Of a DNA stretch of 64,000 nt, positions 29,670 through 39,474 are shown one piece after another. Position 1 is the first letter of the stretch. Each line of letters starts with the position of its first letter. Source of the stretch: Euryarchaeota archaeon UBA19. GTDB taxonomy: Archaea; Thermoplasmatota; Poseidoniia; Poseidoniales; Thalassarchaeaceae. The notes below the pieces were generated by a model. The model was given only the letters and a program-made list of their open reading frames with translations. It was not told the DNA's origin and made no database searches. The stretch is taken from positions 7,784 through 71,783 of the forward strand of contig DAPQ01000060.1 of NCBI GenBank assembly GCA_002502175.1. Direction: 5' to 3'. A program made the translations under genes and the position numbers.

Positions 29670-30702
29670 GCAGCGATTGACTGGAAAATGCTTCATTAAT
29701 CAGATTAGTAAGTCCTGAAATCCATAATGGATCATCGTTCAGACATTTCACGACGACTAACTCTTCGCCTCCTTCTGAAAGAAATTCCTCCCTTATTTCT
29801 ATGTCAAGTTCTTCGAGGGTCTCTAATCCATCTGCTAAGAAAGCAGGGGATACAATAACTAACTTCTTGATTCCGTTCATAGCCAGGTTCTGAACTGTCT
29901 CTGTTGTAGATGGTTTCAGCCATTTAGCGGGTCCGAGCCTGCTTTGATAACTCATAGACCAATCAGACTTTGATAGTCCTAATTTTTTGGTAACCGCTTC
30001 AGTGGTAAGTGAGCAATGGTGAGAATAACACATTGAGTTAGCATCCAGAGAAAGTCCACAACAGTTTTCAACTTTCTGACAGTGTTTACCAGATTTATCT
30101 GATCGTTTTACATGAGATATGGGTAGACCATGATATGAGAATAAAAGATGAGAATCCTCTTGTAAATAAGGCCTTATTGATTCCACCAATGGGTCAATAA
30201 AATTAGGGTTATTTGGGAAATGACCTAGTTCCTTGGTCAGTGGATTCCAATTCATTTCGTTCATTTGCTTGTATGCAAACTTAAGAGAAGATTCTGTGGT
30301 AGCCTGCGCATGATGAGGAAATAAAGGGGCTAGTAATACCTCCTCAACTCCTGATTTCTTTAATCGTTCTAATCCATGACGAATACTTGGGTTTCCATAC
30401 CTCATTCCTACTTCACAAACTGTATCATCCATGTTTTGTTCCACAGCATCTGTCATCTTTTGAGTTAAAACACGGAGTGGTGAGCCTTCTTCCATCCATA
30501 TACTCTGATATCGGGGTGCTATTTTTTTCGGTCTAGTTTTCAGAATTATCCCCCTAACCAAAAGGTGTCTCAGGGGTGTAGGGATGTCAATTACGTCTGG
30601 ATCAAGTAGAAATTCACGCAGATAAGTTCTGACAGATTCCACATTTGGTTCATCTGGGGTCCCTATGTTCATCAACAGAACCCCGCGCTTCATATCGTTC
30701 AA
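29650..30702 (-). CDS. hemH: ferrochelatase
   Basis: 'LLMNIGTPDEPNVESVRTYLREFLLDPDVIDIP' (N-terminus) and 'YQSRLGPAKWLKPSTTETVQNL...VSPAFLADGLETLEELDIE' match HemH conserved blocks. Confidence 0.7.
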   Translation of the reverse strand: MNDMKRGVLLMNIGTPDEPNVESVRTYLREFLLDPDVIDIPTPLRHLLVRGIILKTRPKKIAPRYQSIWMEEGSPLRVLTQKMTDAVEQNMDDTVCEVGMRYGNPSIRHGLERLKKSGVEEVLLAPLFPHHAQATTESSLKFAYKQMNEMNWNPLTKELGHFPNNPNFIDPLVESIRPYLQEDSHLLFSYHGLPISHVKRSDKSGKHCQKVENCCGLSLDANSMCYSHHCSLTTEAVTKKLGLSKSDWSMSYQSRLGPAKWLKPSTTETVQNLAMNGIKKLVIVSPAFLADGLETLEELDIEIREEFLSEGGEELVVVKCLNDDPLWISGLTNLINEAFSSQSLPIVEGF

Positions 30703-30742
30703 TTACCCCCTCGTTGTTGTAATGTTTTGTTTTGAGGAATAG

Positions 30743-31861
30743 TTAATTCCACCAATTATCATTGTCTTTTTGATCGCGGGCTACCACCCATTTGATAGCG
30801 ATTGGAGTCGCGATTAATATCCCGATAGCCAACACAGGTAGCCTCCAATCCATTTGCAATGCTGCAGGCCTCTCAATTAACCAAGTGAATCGAAGTGGTG
30901 AATTATGAAAATCAGAAGTCCAATCGTGTAGGTTTGTTACGTGGTGGCCGACTATACTTACAGAATGGTGTAATCCATTGAAAGTGACCTGCGGAGTATG
31001 CGAAATTGAAACTTCTTCGGATTCAAAGAAGAATTCGACAAAGACTCCTGGTTCTGCTGTAACATACGCTCCTCCATCTACTGGCCGAATACCTGTTATC
31101 AGATGCTTTTGAGCCGCAGGTATAACTAACGCCTCTTCGCCATCAAATTGTATACTTGTGGGAGGTTCTGACCATTCGAATAAGGCCGTACCCGGGACTG
31201 CCCAAAAAGAATCGGACAATGTTGAAATTCTGTATGTCTTTACATGTGGATCTGAGGTCAAAATTCTGTCATATGACTCTCCAGATATTTTGTGCCCATG
31301 CCACTCCCCCCAAGTGGTAAACCAAACCTCTTGAGATTTGAGCAAGGAAATAGCATCTTTATCCTCTCTGATTTTCATATCGTGCCATCTAGCAATCCAA
31401 TAAATGCTGACTAGGCTGTCTCGTTCTGCGTTTTCTAAAGCAGACAAATTAGCTTGGCCTTTTTCAAGACTGGTTAATCGTTCTACAACATTTAGACCAT
31501 GACCATCGCCTTCAATCCTATCTCCAATAATTGAAAAACCAGCCTCAGAAATTGCACTAGCAATATCTTCAGTCACTATACCGTTTGGGTGACCGAAGGA
31601 AATCGGTTGAGAGCCCCAACGTGATGCGTTGGTGAATCGATTTAGGTAATCTCTACAATCTTCAATGACCCAAGACTCCTCTCTCACATCTACTCCTTCA
31701 AACCCATGACAGCCAAATTCATCTCCGAGTTCAAGCCTTTCTGGACCGATGATATTTCTGAGCCAATTATCATCTTCCCATTCAGCAACAACTGCGGGTG
31801 CGGTCATTGGTAGCAAAATAATACAACACATAGCTAGACAGAGTACTCTAGGTATGCCCAC
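30743..31861 (-). CDS. exported hypothetical protein with C-terminal TM anchor
   Basis: Signal peptide 'LAMCCIILLPMTAPAVVA'. C-terminal helix 'LPVLAIGILIATPIAIKWVV'. His-rich segments. Confidence 0.35.
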   Translation of the reverse strand: MGIPRVLCLAMCCIILLPMTAPAVVAEWEDDNWLRNIIGPERLELGDEFGCHGFEGVDVREESWVIEDCRDYLNRFTNASRWGSQPISFGHPNGIVTEDIASAISEAGFSIIGDRIEGDGHGLNVVERLTSLEKGQANLSALENAERDSLVSIYWIARWHDMKIREDKDAISLLKSQEVWFTTWGEWHGHKISGESYDRILTSDPHVKTYRISTLSDSFWAVPGTALFEWSEPPTSIQFDGEEALVIPAAQKHLITGIRPVDGGAYVTAEPGVFVEFFFESEEVSISHTPQVTFNGLHHSVSIVGHHVTNLHDWTSDFHNSPLRFTWLIERPAALQMDWRLPVLAIGILIATPIAIKWVVARDQKDNDNWWN

Positions 31862-31941
31862 AATAATGGGGGGCAGTATGTATCAGAAGAAGTCATCGCA
31901 CTTACGCAAAGCAATAATGCAGAGCAGTAGTCGGAGGAACG

Positions 31942-32718
31942 ATGCCCGGCTTGTCCGCTGATTCTTTGGAAACGGTGGCGAAATTGACCGGGCTTGAGGG
32001 CACTGGTATATCCCATTCAACCCCAATGTTTTACAAAGGTTTGATTGAATTATCACCATCATTAGTTAGAACGATAACTAATGTAAGTTACAATGGAGTA
32101 AATAGAATTCCAAAAAATGGACCCGCAATACTAGTTGGCAACCATACATCGCACATCGATCCAATTGTCAAAATAATGGGAGCAAAAAGACCTGTACATT
32201 ATCTTGCAAAAGCAGAACATTTCGAAGACAAAAAATTCCAGAAACTGATGACTTCCACTGGACAGATTGAAACATTTCGAGAATCGGGGGGTGTGGAAGC
32301 ATTAGCAAGTGCTGTGGACGTTCTTTCTGGAGGGAATGTCATGGGTATATTCCCCGAAGGAACTCGCTCCAGATCCGATAAACCACCTTACCTTTCTAGA
32401 GGAAAGACTGGTGTTGCTCGATTAGCTGCTAGGTTTCCTGAAGTACCAGTTGTACCAATGGCAATTATTGGTGCAAGAAAATTCATGGCACCAGGTTCTG
32501 CTGTGGTCAATCCATTGGCGAAAGTGCAAGTCAATGTCGATAACCCAATCACCTTTGGAGAGTGGTTAGGCGATGAATCCGGAGGGAATATGTCCGATGA
32601 AGACATTTCCAACATTGCTGATTTAGACGAGCATGGCCAAAGATCGATAATGAAATCACATTACAGAAGATTCACAGATCAATTAATTGAAAATTTGAGA
32701 GCTTTGGGGGCACCCTAA
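31942..32718 (+). CDS. plsC: 1-acyl-sn-glycerol-3-phosphate acyltransferase-like (PlsC family)
   Basis: 'VGNHTSHIDPIV' (HxxxxD acyltransferase motif) and 'FPEGTRS' motif. Confidence 0.7.
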   Translation: MPGLSADSLETVAKLTGLEGTGISHSTPMFYKGLIELSPSLVRTITNVSYNGVNRIPKNGPAILVGNHTSHIDPIVKIMGAKRPVHYLAKAEHFEDKKFQKLMTSTGQIETFRESGGVEALASAVDVLSGGNVMGIFPEGTRSRSDKPPYLSRGKTGVARLAARFPEVPVVPMAIIGARKFMAPGSAVVNPLAKVQVNVDNPITFGEWLGDESGGNMSDEDISNIADLDEHGQRSIMKSHYRRFTDQLIENLRALGAP

Positions 32719-32765
32719 TCCAAAGTTTTGATGCAAAAATTTGAGTCAAGATATCCGCATCCTTC

Positions 32766-33593
32766 ATGGACTTCGGCGGTTCTGTAGGTTTAGTTGACAT
32801 GGAGCAATACCTAGCATTCCTCGAACGAATCCTTGACGAAGGAATAGAGAAATCTGATCGTACAGGCACTGGAACAATTTCAGTTTTCGGCCACCAAATG
32901 CGATTTGACTTGTCTGAATCTTTTCCAGCCGTGACCACAAAAAAACTTCATTGGCCTAGTATAATCCATGAATTATTGTGGTTTTTATCTGGAGATACTA
33001 ACGTTGCCTATCTACAGGAAAATAACGTTCGGATATGGAACGAATGGGCTGACGAAGATGGCGACCTTGGACCTGTTTATGGAAAACAATGGAGAAAATG
33101 GGAGACTAATGATGGCAGGGTCGTGGACCAAATTGAAAACGCCATTGAAATGATCAAACAGAACCCAAATTCACGAAGGATTATTGTTTCAGCTTGGAAT
33201 GTTGGAGAATTGGAAGATATGGCGTTAATGCCTTGCCATGCTTTTTTCCAATTCTATGTCAACGAAGGAAAATTGTCCTGCCAATTATACCAAAGAAGCG
33301 CCGATGCTTTTCTTGGAGTCCCATTCAATATTTCATCATACAGTCTTCTAACCTGTATGATGGCTCAAGTATGCGGATTGCAGCCCGGTGAATTTGTCTG
33401 GACTGGGGGTGATTGTCATTTGTACCTAAACCACTTAGAACAAGCCAAGGAACAAATTTCTAGGAAACCACTTCCATTGCCTAAACTCAGGTTAGATGAG
33501 ACTATCTCCGAAATAGATGGATTTACTGCAGAGAGTATTGAAATTCTCAATTATGAGCATCACCCACATATTTCGGCACCAATATCTGTTTGA
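32766..33593 (+). CDS. thyA: thymidylate synthase (ThyA)
   Basis: '[38 protein letters not shown]', active-site '[10 protein letters not shown]'. Conserved throughout. Confidence 0.9.
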   Translation: MDFGGSVGLVDMEQYLAFLERILDEGIEKSDRTGTGTISVFGHQMRFDLSESFPAVTTKKLHWPSIIHELLWFLSGDTNVAYLQENNVRIWNEWADEDGDLGPVYGKQWRKWETNDGRVVDQIENAIEMIKQNPNSRRIIVSAWNVGELEDMALMPCHAFFQFYVNEGKLSCQLYQRSADAFLGVPFNISSYSLLTCMMAQVCGLQPGEFVWTGGDCHLYLNHLEQAKEQISRKPLPLPKLRLDETISEIDGFTAESIEILNYEHHPHISAPISV

Positions 33594-33602
33594 GGTAATA
33601 AT

Positions 33603-34112
33603 ATGCGTATGTCGATGATTGTTGCTATGGATGAAGAGGGCTGTATTGGAAGGGGAGAAGGACTTCCATGGCGTTTAGCTTCGGACATGGCTCGATTCAA
33701 ACAATTGACTGAAGGAGATGGGTTTAACGCCGTAATTATGGGAAGAAAAACTTGGGATTCACTTCCCGAAGCATATCGGCCATTACCCGAGCGATTAAAC
33801 ATCGTTATGTCAAGAGACACCGGATGGGAAGCGGATGGAGCAGAGACCGCTCTATACATCGGCCGGGCCATAGAAATCGCGTATGCGGATGGTTGCGATG
33901 AATGCTGGATAATTGGCGGGGCTCAGATTTACCAAATGTTTCTTGATCGAGTAGAAGAAATTCATCTTACAACGGTCCAAACCAATAATAGTGGCGACGT
34001 GAAATTCCCAGAATGGAATCGTACTGAATGGTCTGAGGAAGTTATTGAAAAATTGCAATCAGACTCCAATAACGAATACGACACTACATATTCCATCTGG
34101 ACTAGGCGATAA
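33603..34112 (+). CDS. folA: dihydrofolate reductase
   Basis: 'MIVAMDEEGCIGRGEGLPWRL...IMGRKTWDSLP', the typical DHFR N-terminus. Lies 9 nt after thyA. Confidence 0.85.
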   Translation: MRMSMIVAMDEEGCIGRGEGLPWRLASDMARFKQLTEGDGFNAVIMGRKTWDSLPEAYRPLPERLNIVMSRDTGWEADGAETALYIGRAIEIAYADGCDECWIIGGAQIYQMFLDRVEEIHLTTVQTNNSGDVKFPEWNRTEWSEEVIEKLQSDSNNEYDTTYSIWTRR

Positions 34113-34113
34113 C

Positions 34114-34515
34114 ATGAATTTTCGCGACTTGTTCGCAATCTTAGGCGGTTCATTTTTCGTTTATGTAGGAGTATTGCATTTCACAGATACTGAATGGTTC
34201 GAACCAATTGTTCCACCAATCCTTGGTTCAGCCGAATTTTGGGTAATTGCTAGTGGTGTAGTTGAAATTTTAGTTGGCGTTATGCTGATTATCCCCTCAA
34301 TTAGATGGATAGGAGGATTTGCAAGCGCTACTTTGTTGATTTGTCTATATCCAGCAAATCTGTACATGTGGGTTAATTCTGTCGAATTAGGAGATGGGGC
34401 GTCATTATCTCAGACTGGAAATCTGGTGAGGCTCGTATTGCAATTAGGTGGAATTTGGATTAGTCTCTGGATTGCAGAATATACAATGGAAAAGGGGACG
34501 GAAACTATTGATTAA
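34114..34515 (+). CDS. DoxX-like small membrane protein
   Basis: Start chosen at the ATG 1 nt after the folA stop; the upstream part of the tracked ORF overlaps folA. Four hydrophobic helices. Confidence 0.35.
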   Translation: MNFRDLFAILGGSFFVYVGVLHFTDTEWFEPIVPPILGSAEFWVIASGVVEILVGVMLIIPSIRWIGGFASATLLICLYPANLYMWVNSVELGDGASLSQTGNLVRLVLQLGGIWISLWIAEYTMEKGTETID

Positions 34516-34564
34516 GGATTTAATCGTGATTCATTTGACTGCGATTTCTAAATTATTAACCCAG

Positions 34565-34777
34565 TTATTTTATGTTAAATATTGCCGAAATATTTGACGT
34601 CATCCAAAATGAAGCAGCCCCCAATTGTAGCCAGTCACCAGGGCCTTCAATTCCGTATACGAATACACTGATAATCCAGCATAGACTTGCAAGGGTTTGT
34701 CCTAGCCATTCAATACTCAGAATTTTTCCTATTCGAGTTTCATTTCCCTTCAACACGTCAAACACTCCTGTCCACAA
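34565..34777 (-). CDS. small membrane protein, hypothetical
   Basis: 70 aa with two hydrophobic helices. Overlaps the end of the upstream oxidoreductase gene by 28 nt (operon-like). Confidence 0.25.
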   Translation of the reverse strand: MWTGVFDVLKGNETRIGKILSIEWLGQTLASLCWIISVFVYGIEGPGDWLQLGAASFWMTSNISAIFNIK

Positions 34778-35922
34778 CAGGATAAATCGTCTAAGTACAT
34801 CCCCCAGCCCCTGTAAGCCTCGACGAATTCATCAGTATCAATATCTAGGGACGATGCAATTGCTTGTGCGACGATTGCAAACCGTTGCCTGTATTTGAAA
34901 ATGAAACAAAAAATATGACCGTCATGACGAACTGATGGCCCACAAAGGTACATACCAGGAACTATAGTTGATTCGTCACTATCATTCAGCAGGGGGAATC
35001 CATCTTCTCTTTCATCGAATAAATGTGACACGAATTTGTGACTTCCGTCGAATCCGCCTGCAAATAGAGGCTTAGAATCAGAATTGAAGACTTGACCATC
35101 TTTAGTTCTGACTTCGTATTTTCCGTCAATTAGATTGACTGAATTTACAGGAGTCTCTGCGTTTAATCGGACATTATTTTCAAAATTTGCATTTCTCATT
35201 CGTTCGAATGAAAAAGTAGACAAAGTAATACTTGGATCTGAACTTTCTTCGTCCCATGGGCTGTTAATGTCGAATAATACCACCTTTTTACCATTATTAG
35301 CAAGATGATATGCAGCATCTATTCCACTTTCGTATCCGCCAATAATTAGAAAATTATCCCCTTCTAAATCTGCATATCTCGAAACTGTTGCCGTATGCCT
35401 GCAAAATTCAACGCCTTCAAATCCATCAATTAGTGGATATTGATATTCGCCTGCTGCCCAAATTACATTCTTCGCCAGCAAGTTACTGTCAGCAATTTTT
35501 AGATGAAATAAACCGTCGATTTTCTCTATAGAATCTACATTTGTATTTTCTAAAATTGGGAGCTCAAAATATTCAGCTATATCCTGTAAGTGTTCAGCGT
35601 ATTCCTTACCAGTAGGGTGCTCAACCTTCATACTAAATGCGGGAGATATTCCGATTGCAATTGAATTTAGATCTAGCATTCCAATGGAATTACTAGGAAA
35701 TGACGGCGTAATGAATCGAGTCTCTTCTGGCCATGAAGAAAAAGAGGAACCTACTGTATCTCTATCAACAATCAGGAAGTTCTCAATTCCTGCATGAGCA
35801 ATAGCAATTCCGACACCGATTCCCGCTGCACCTGCTCCGACGATAATTACATCATACGTTTCAGAGTCGACTTTTGGATTCGATTCTTCATCATCTTGAG
35901 CGACTTGCATGTCCAAGGCCAT
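34750..35922 (-). CDS. FAD/NAD(P)-binding oxidoreductase (flavin monooxygenase/CzcO-like), Cys-rich C-terminus
   Basis: 'YDVIIVGAGAAGIGVGIAIA' GxGxxG dinucleotide-binding motif. Second Rossmann 'FLIIGGYESGIDAA'. C-terminal 'CCGQECLTC'. Confidence 0.55.
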   Translation of the reverse strand: MALDMQVAQDDEESNPKVDSETYDVIIVGAGAAGIGVGIAIAHAGIENFLIVDRDTVGSSFSSWPEETRFITPSFPSNSIGMLDLNSIAIGISPAFSMKVEHPTGKEYAEHLQDIAEYFELPILENTNVDSIEKIDGLFHLKIADSNLLAKNVIWAAGEYQYPLIDGFEGVEFCRHTATVSRYADLEGDNFLIIGGYESGIDAAYHLANNGKKVVLFDINSPWDEESSDPSITLSTFSFERMRNANFENNVRLNAETPVNSVNLIDGKYEVRTKDGQVFNSDSKPLFAGGFDGSHKFVSHLFDEREDGFPLLNDSDESTIVPGMYLCGPSVRHDGHIFCFIFKYRQRFAIVAQAIASSLDIDTDEFVEAYRGWGMYLDDLSCCGQECLTC

Positions 35923-36010
35923 AGTTGGTCCGATATTATTAACAATTTAAAAAATACTAATAATATAGAGTACGAGATTTATTATGACAGTCGTAGAATT
36001 TTATCCAAAT

Positions 36011-36400
36011 TCATTCCCCATCATATTCTGTAACTCTAATGCCTAGGTTACCTCGTCGAGCCTTTCTTTGCATTATTTTATCCATTTTCGAGTGGAATTC
36101 GGATTCTAAATCAATGTGCATTGCAAGAGAGTGACCGAGTATCAAAATCAACAAATCCGCTAATTCTTCAGATGCTTCTTCCTTTGGCTTTCCTTTAGTA
36201 ATCGCCGCTGCAAACTCGCCTAATTCTTCAACGGTTAGAGCCACACGGTATCCCATATCATGTCCATTATTCTCAGGGTTAGCGAAGTCATGTTTACTAT
36301 GGAAAGCGGCAACCCTAGCCATCATGGTAGCCCAAGAATCATCGGGCTTAGAATTCCATTCAACTTCCTTCCAATCATCTACACTCAACAGTCGGGTCAT
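36011..36400 (-). CDS. MazG-like nucleotide pyrophosphohydrolase domain protein
   Basis: 'TVEELGEFAAAI...EELADLLILILG' is the characteristic MazG EExxE helix pair. Confidence 0.55.
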   Translation of the reverse strand: MTRLLSVDDWKEVEWNSKPDDSWATMMARVAAFHSKHDFANPENNGHDMGYRVALTVEELGEFAAAITKGKPKEEASEELADLLILILGHSLAMHIDLESEFHSKMDKIMQRKARRGNLGIRVTEYDGE

Positions 36401-36442
36401 ACATCGCCCAGTAATTGGAGAACCATCAAACTGTCTAATGTT

Positions 36443-36745
36443 CTAGAATCTACCACCTGGTGGATTTCTAGGATAATCAGAACCCGCAGGAAGAACATAC
36501 GATAAGCCAACAAGAGATATAATAATTGACGAGAATAATACGGCAGAAAATATTCTCATTCTTGAATTTGCTTCATTTTGAAGTTTGGCACATAATTCTG
36601 CATCGGGTTGAGGGTTGTTATTTGGCAGACATTCCCTCTCATACTCCTTGTCTTTTTGATCCCACCAATCCATTCTATCCAATGCTTCGATGAAGAGGAA
36701 AACAGAGACTAAAAGTAGGATTAATCCTAATCTCTGGCCTTGCAA
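36443..36745 (-). CDS. small membrane protein, hypothetical
   Basis: Two TM helices flank a Cys-containing loop. Confidence 0.25.
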   Translation of the reverse strand: MQGQRLGLILLLVSVFLFIEALDRMDWWDQKDKEYERECLPNNNPQPDAELCAKLQNEANSRMRIFSAVLFSSIIISLVGLSYVLPAGSDYPRNPPGGRF

Positions 36746-36754
36746 TTTTATCCC

Positions 36755-37510
36755 TCAATAATTAGCTTGCAAGGCTTCGATACAATCTCTCACACGAGCA
36801 CGTAGGGTTGCTGCCTTAGCATCAACTGCATGATGGTCGATTTCTGCTGAAGGGTCACCTGGAGTTCTACCCGCCGCCCAATTTGATGAACATGATATCG
36901 CCACATGAGGAATTCCTGTTTCCGCGATCAAACGTGACTCAGGACCAAGGGTCATTCCAACTACATCAGCACCCAAACGAACAAGCGCATCAATTTCAGA
37001 AGGCGATTCAAATTGAGGGCCGATACACTGCGCAACTACTAGACTGCTTGGAGTGTATTCTTGAGTCTCTGATAAGGTAGAGGAACAAATTTTACTGGCT
37101 TTTATATCAAACATTGAGGTTCTATCCGCATGGATAGCATCGTCATCATGGAAAGTCCATGGACGGATTGCTAAATCCAATACATCACCAGCCACACCAA
37201 TCATACCCGGAGGTAAATCTTCAATCATCGTCCCTACAGAATTAACACTGAGAATTAAATCTGGAGAGAAGGACTTGGCTGCATGAATATTCGCCCTGTG
37301 TTCTATTTCATGAGGTGGTGTTCTCGCATCCCCTTCTCGGTGATGTCTGTCGATTAGGAGAACTTCCCCTAATTCAGTTTCAACCAATATTGTCGGAACC
37401 TCTCCCCAGTTTGATTCTACTCGGATTTCAGTATTTTTTCTTGAACTATCGGACATCTCATGAGCAATATCAGACATTCCTGTTCCACTAATTACGGCTA
37501 TCCGCACCAA
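36755..37510 (-). CDS. purine nucleoside / 5'-methylthioadenosine phosphorylase (PNP/MTAP family)
   Basis: 'IAVISGTGMS' and 'CIGPQFESPSEIDALVRLGADVVGMTLGPE' match MTAP/PNP-II blocks (GPxFxTxAE...GADxVxMT). Confidence 0.7.
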   Translation of the reverse strand: MVRIAVISGTGMSDIAHEMSDSSRKNTEIRVESNWGEVPTILVETELGEVLLIDRHHREGDARTPPHEIEHRANIHAAKSFSPDLILSVNSVGTMIEDLPPGMIGVAGDVLDLAIRPWTFHDDDAIHADRTSMFDIKASKICSSTLSETQEYTPSSLVVAQCIGPQFESPSEIDALVRLGADVVGMTLGPESRLIAETGIPHVAISCSSNWAAGRTPGDPSAEIDHHAVDAKAATLRARVRDCIEALQANY

Positions 37511-37554
37511 ATTCTCACCTCGGTTTGGAATGGGCTTGGCCGCCCATATTTACC

Positions 37555-38508
37555 TCACTCTTGCAGACGGGAAATCAAATCTGCTTTCTTTCCTGAGACT
37601 GGTTTTCCAGCCTCCTTTAGAAGTCCCTTTAGTTCAGAAACCGTCATTGTTTCGTAATCAATCTCAGAGACATCGGATGATTCAGTATCCTCCTCTTGGG
37701 AATCTTCAGCGCCTTCCTCTTCCACTTCCTCAGATGCTTCTTCTGGCTCTTCATCTGAATCAGCCTCTCCAACCTCAGAAAGATCTGCAGATGCTTCTGC
37801 TGCTGCTAAAACATCGACTTCCTCTACTTCAGCGGCTGCAGCAGCGGCCTTCTCCTCAGCATGTATTTCATCCAAGGTAGGACCATCTTCTACGACTACT
37901 CCGCTTTGTAATAACTGACTGCGTCTAATCATAACGGTTCTGACGGGAGTGACCTTGGAAACCGATTCTTTGATTGCTGCTTCCATCGTACCATCGAGTA
38001 GCGCTTTTTGCAATTGAATCCAAGTTGAACTAGCACCCATAGTCAGGATTGTTTCTCTAGCACTAGCCCTCATTGCAGATTTTTGACTGGATTTTACACG
38101 AGATCTTGAAATTAGTAGAGGCTTGAATCTGACGTAATACCCATCATCGGTGACAACATCTACTGTGTCGTCAACCTTTCCACGATGACGGCGGATTTGG
38201 CGGCGAATGTGGTCTTTTAGCACGTTGTGTCCGACAAATTCAGTAAGCGCATCTCCACCGACAGATTCTGTTATTCGGAAAACTACCTGAACGTGCATCT
38301 TCGAAAAGTCGCCATCTAACTCATTTTGCATGATGTCGTATGTTCGACCAATTAGTTGTTCGGAGTCCTCTGCGAGGGTCTCTCCAATGACTCTGAATGA
38401 CCAAGGATTACGAGGTGCTCGAATTGTGAACCAGCGCTTTGCCTTCCACTTGTCTCTCTGCTTGCGTGCCGCTGCCCTTGCTTTTGCGCCCTTTGCCATG
38501 AGAAACAC
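37555..38508 (-). CDS. rps3ae: 30S ribosomal protein S3Ae (eS1) fused to acidic tract and C-terminal SAP domain
   Basis: N-terminus 'KQRDKWKAKRWFTIRAPRNPWSF...IGRT' is S3Ae. Then a ~75-aa Glu/Asp/Ala-rich tract. The terminal 'MTVSELKGLLKEAGKPVSGKKADLISRLQE' fits the SAP consensus. The likely true start is the 4th codon (MAKGAK). Confidence 0.75.
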   Translation of the reverse strand: MFLMAKGAKARAAARKQRDKWKAKRWFTIRAPRNPWSFRVIGETLAEDSEQLIGRTYDIMQNELDGDFSKMHVQVVFRITESVGGDALTEFVGHNVLKDHIRRQIRRHRGKVDDTVDVVTDDGYYVRFKPLLISRSRVKSSQKSAMRASARETILTMGASSTWIQLQKALLDGTMEAAIKESVSKVTPVRTVMIRRSQLLQSGVVVEDGPTLDEIHAEEKAAAAAAEVEEVDVLAAAEASADLSEVGEADSDEEPEEASEEVEEEGAEDSQEEDTESSDVSEIDYETMTVSELKGLLKEAGKPVSGKKADLISRLQE

Positions 38509-38621
38509 CTCGTATCGGGGGCTACCCCGTATGCGAGCCGTGCGACCTGCCTCCAGTATTTGAATGAAAGCCCTAGAGTACCATCAACAGACAAGGGCGC
38601 AGCGTGGTCTTCAAGGAGTGA

Positions 38622-39077
38622 TTGCTCCTGCCATTATCAATGAGTCTGCATAGCGTATACTGGAGAATACACTGTAGCGCTGTAGACGATCTTGAAATTA
38701 TTGAGGCGGCAATGAGTCAACTATCCCCGGTAAAGACAGAGATAACTAGAGAGAAATCCAAATCCTATCATGGTGCTCCACAAATAATCCTAGCAATGAA
38801 AATAAATAACAAAAAAGCAGCAAAACAAAGCCTTCAATCATTAGGCAAGGATGTATTGAATCAGTTAGTTAGTAATGGCCTCGATTCTCATATTGATGAT
38901 GACAAAATATTCCATGTTCGCGTCTCATTATCTTCCTTAGTGAATGGAGACATTCTATTAGCTGAGGGCTCGGAATGGAAATCTGCTGTAAAAGGTCGGT
39001 TCAAAATTGAATCGTATCCTGGACAAAATCCAGAAGAAGTTGTTAATCAGTTGATTGATGAAATAATATTGAAATGA
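38622..39077 (+). CDS. hypothetical protein (true start probably the internal Met at 38712)
   Basis: The first 30 codons run through a GC-rich, hairpin-containing intergenic stretch. A conserved-looking alpha/beta region follows 'MSQLSPVKTEI'. Confidence 0.3.
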   Translation: MLLPLSMSLHSVYWRIHCSAVDDLEIIEAAMSQLSPVKTEITREKSKSYHGAPQIILAMKINNKKAAKQSLQSLGKDVLNQLVSNGLDSHIDDDKIFHVRVSLSSLVNGDILLAEGSEWKSAVKGRFKIESYPGQNPEEVVNQLIDEIILK

Positions 39078-39144
39078 ATTAGGTTAACCTAAAATTTTTC
39101 GGACATAACAAGCAATTAAATGCCACCATTATACCCGGTTTTAC

Positions 39145-39420
39145 ATGACTCACGTGGTGACAAGCGCATGTGTTGCGCACAAGTATCAGGATTGTGTGGC
39201 AGTATGTCCAGTCGAGGCTTTCAGAGAAGCAGACTCATATTTGGTCATCGACCCTGATGAGTGCATCGATTGTGCTGCCTGTGTTTCCGAATGTCCTGTC
39301 GAAGCAATTTTCGCAGACACCGATGTACCAGATGAAGAAATGGAATGGATCGAGCGTAACGAGACTGAAAGTCTAGAATTAGAAATAGCAACTGGAGATT
39401 CACCAGTACTCGCAGACTGA
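39145..39420 (+). CDS. ferredoxin (7Fe-type, [3Fe-4S][4Fe-4S])
   Basis: '[18 protein letters not shown]' and '[17 protein letters not shown]' cluster motifs. Confidence 0.7.
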   Translation: MTHVVTSACVAHKYQDCVAVCPVEAFREADSYLVIDPDECIDCAACVSECPVEAIFADTDVPDEEMEWIERNETESLELEIATGDSPVLAD

Positions 39421-39474
39421 AGATTCACCTTCTAGTGAACTTAAACATAGATTCATGAATAGAAGCCGGGAGGC

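Noticed and set aside
34045-34113. Tracked start of the 34045-34515 ORF overlapping folA
   Set aside because: The upstream 23 codons overlap the end of folA in another frame. An ATG 1 nt after the folA stop (34114) gives a compact operon arrangement, so the feature was trimmed to that.
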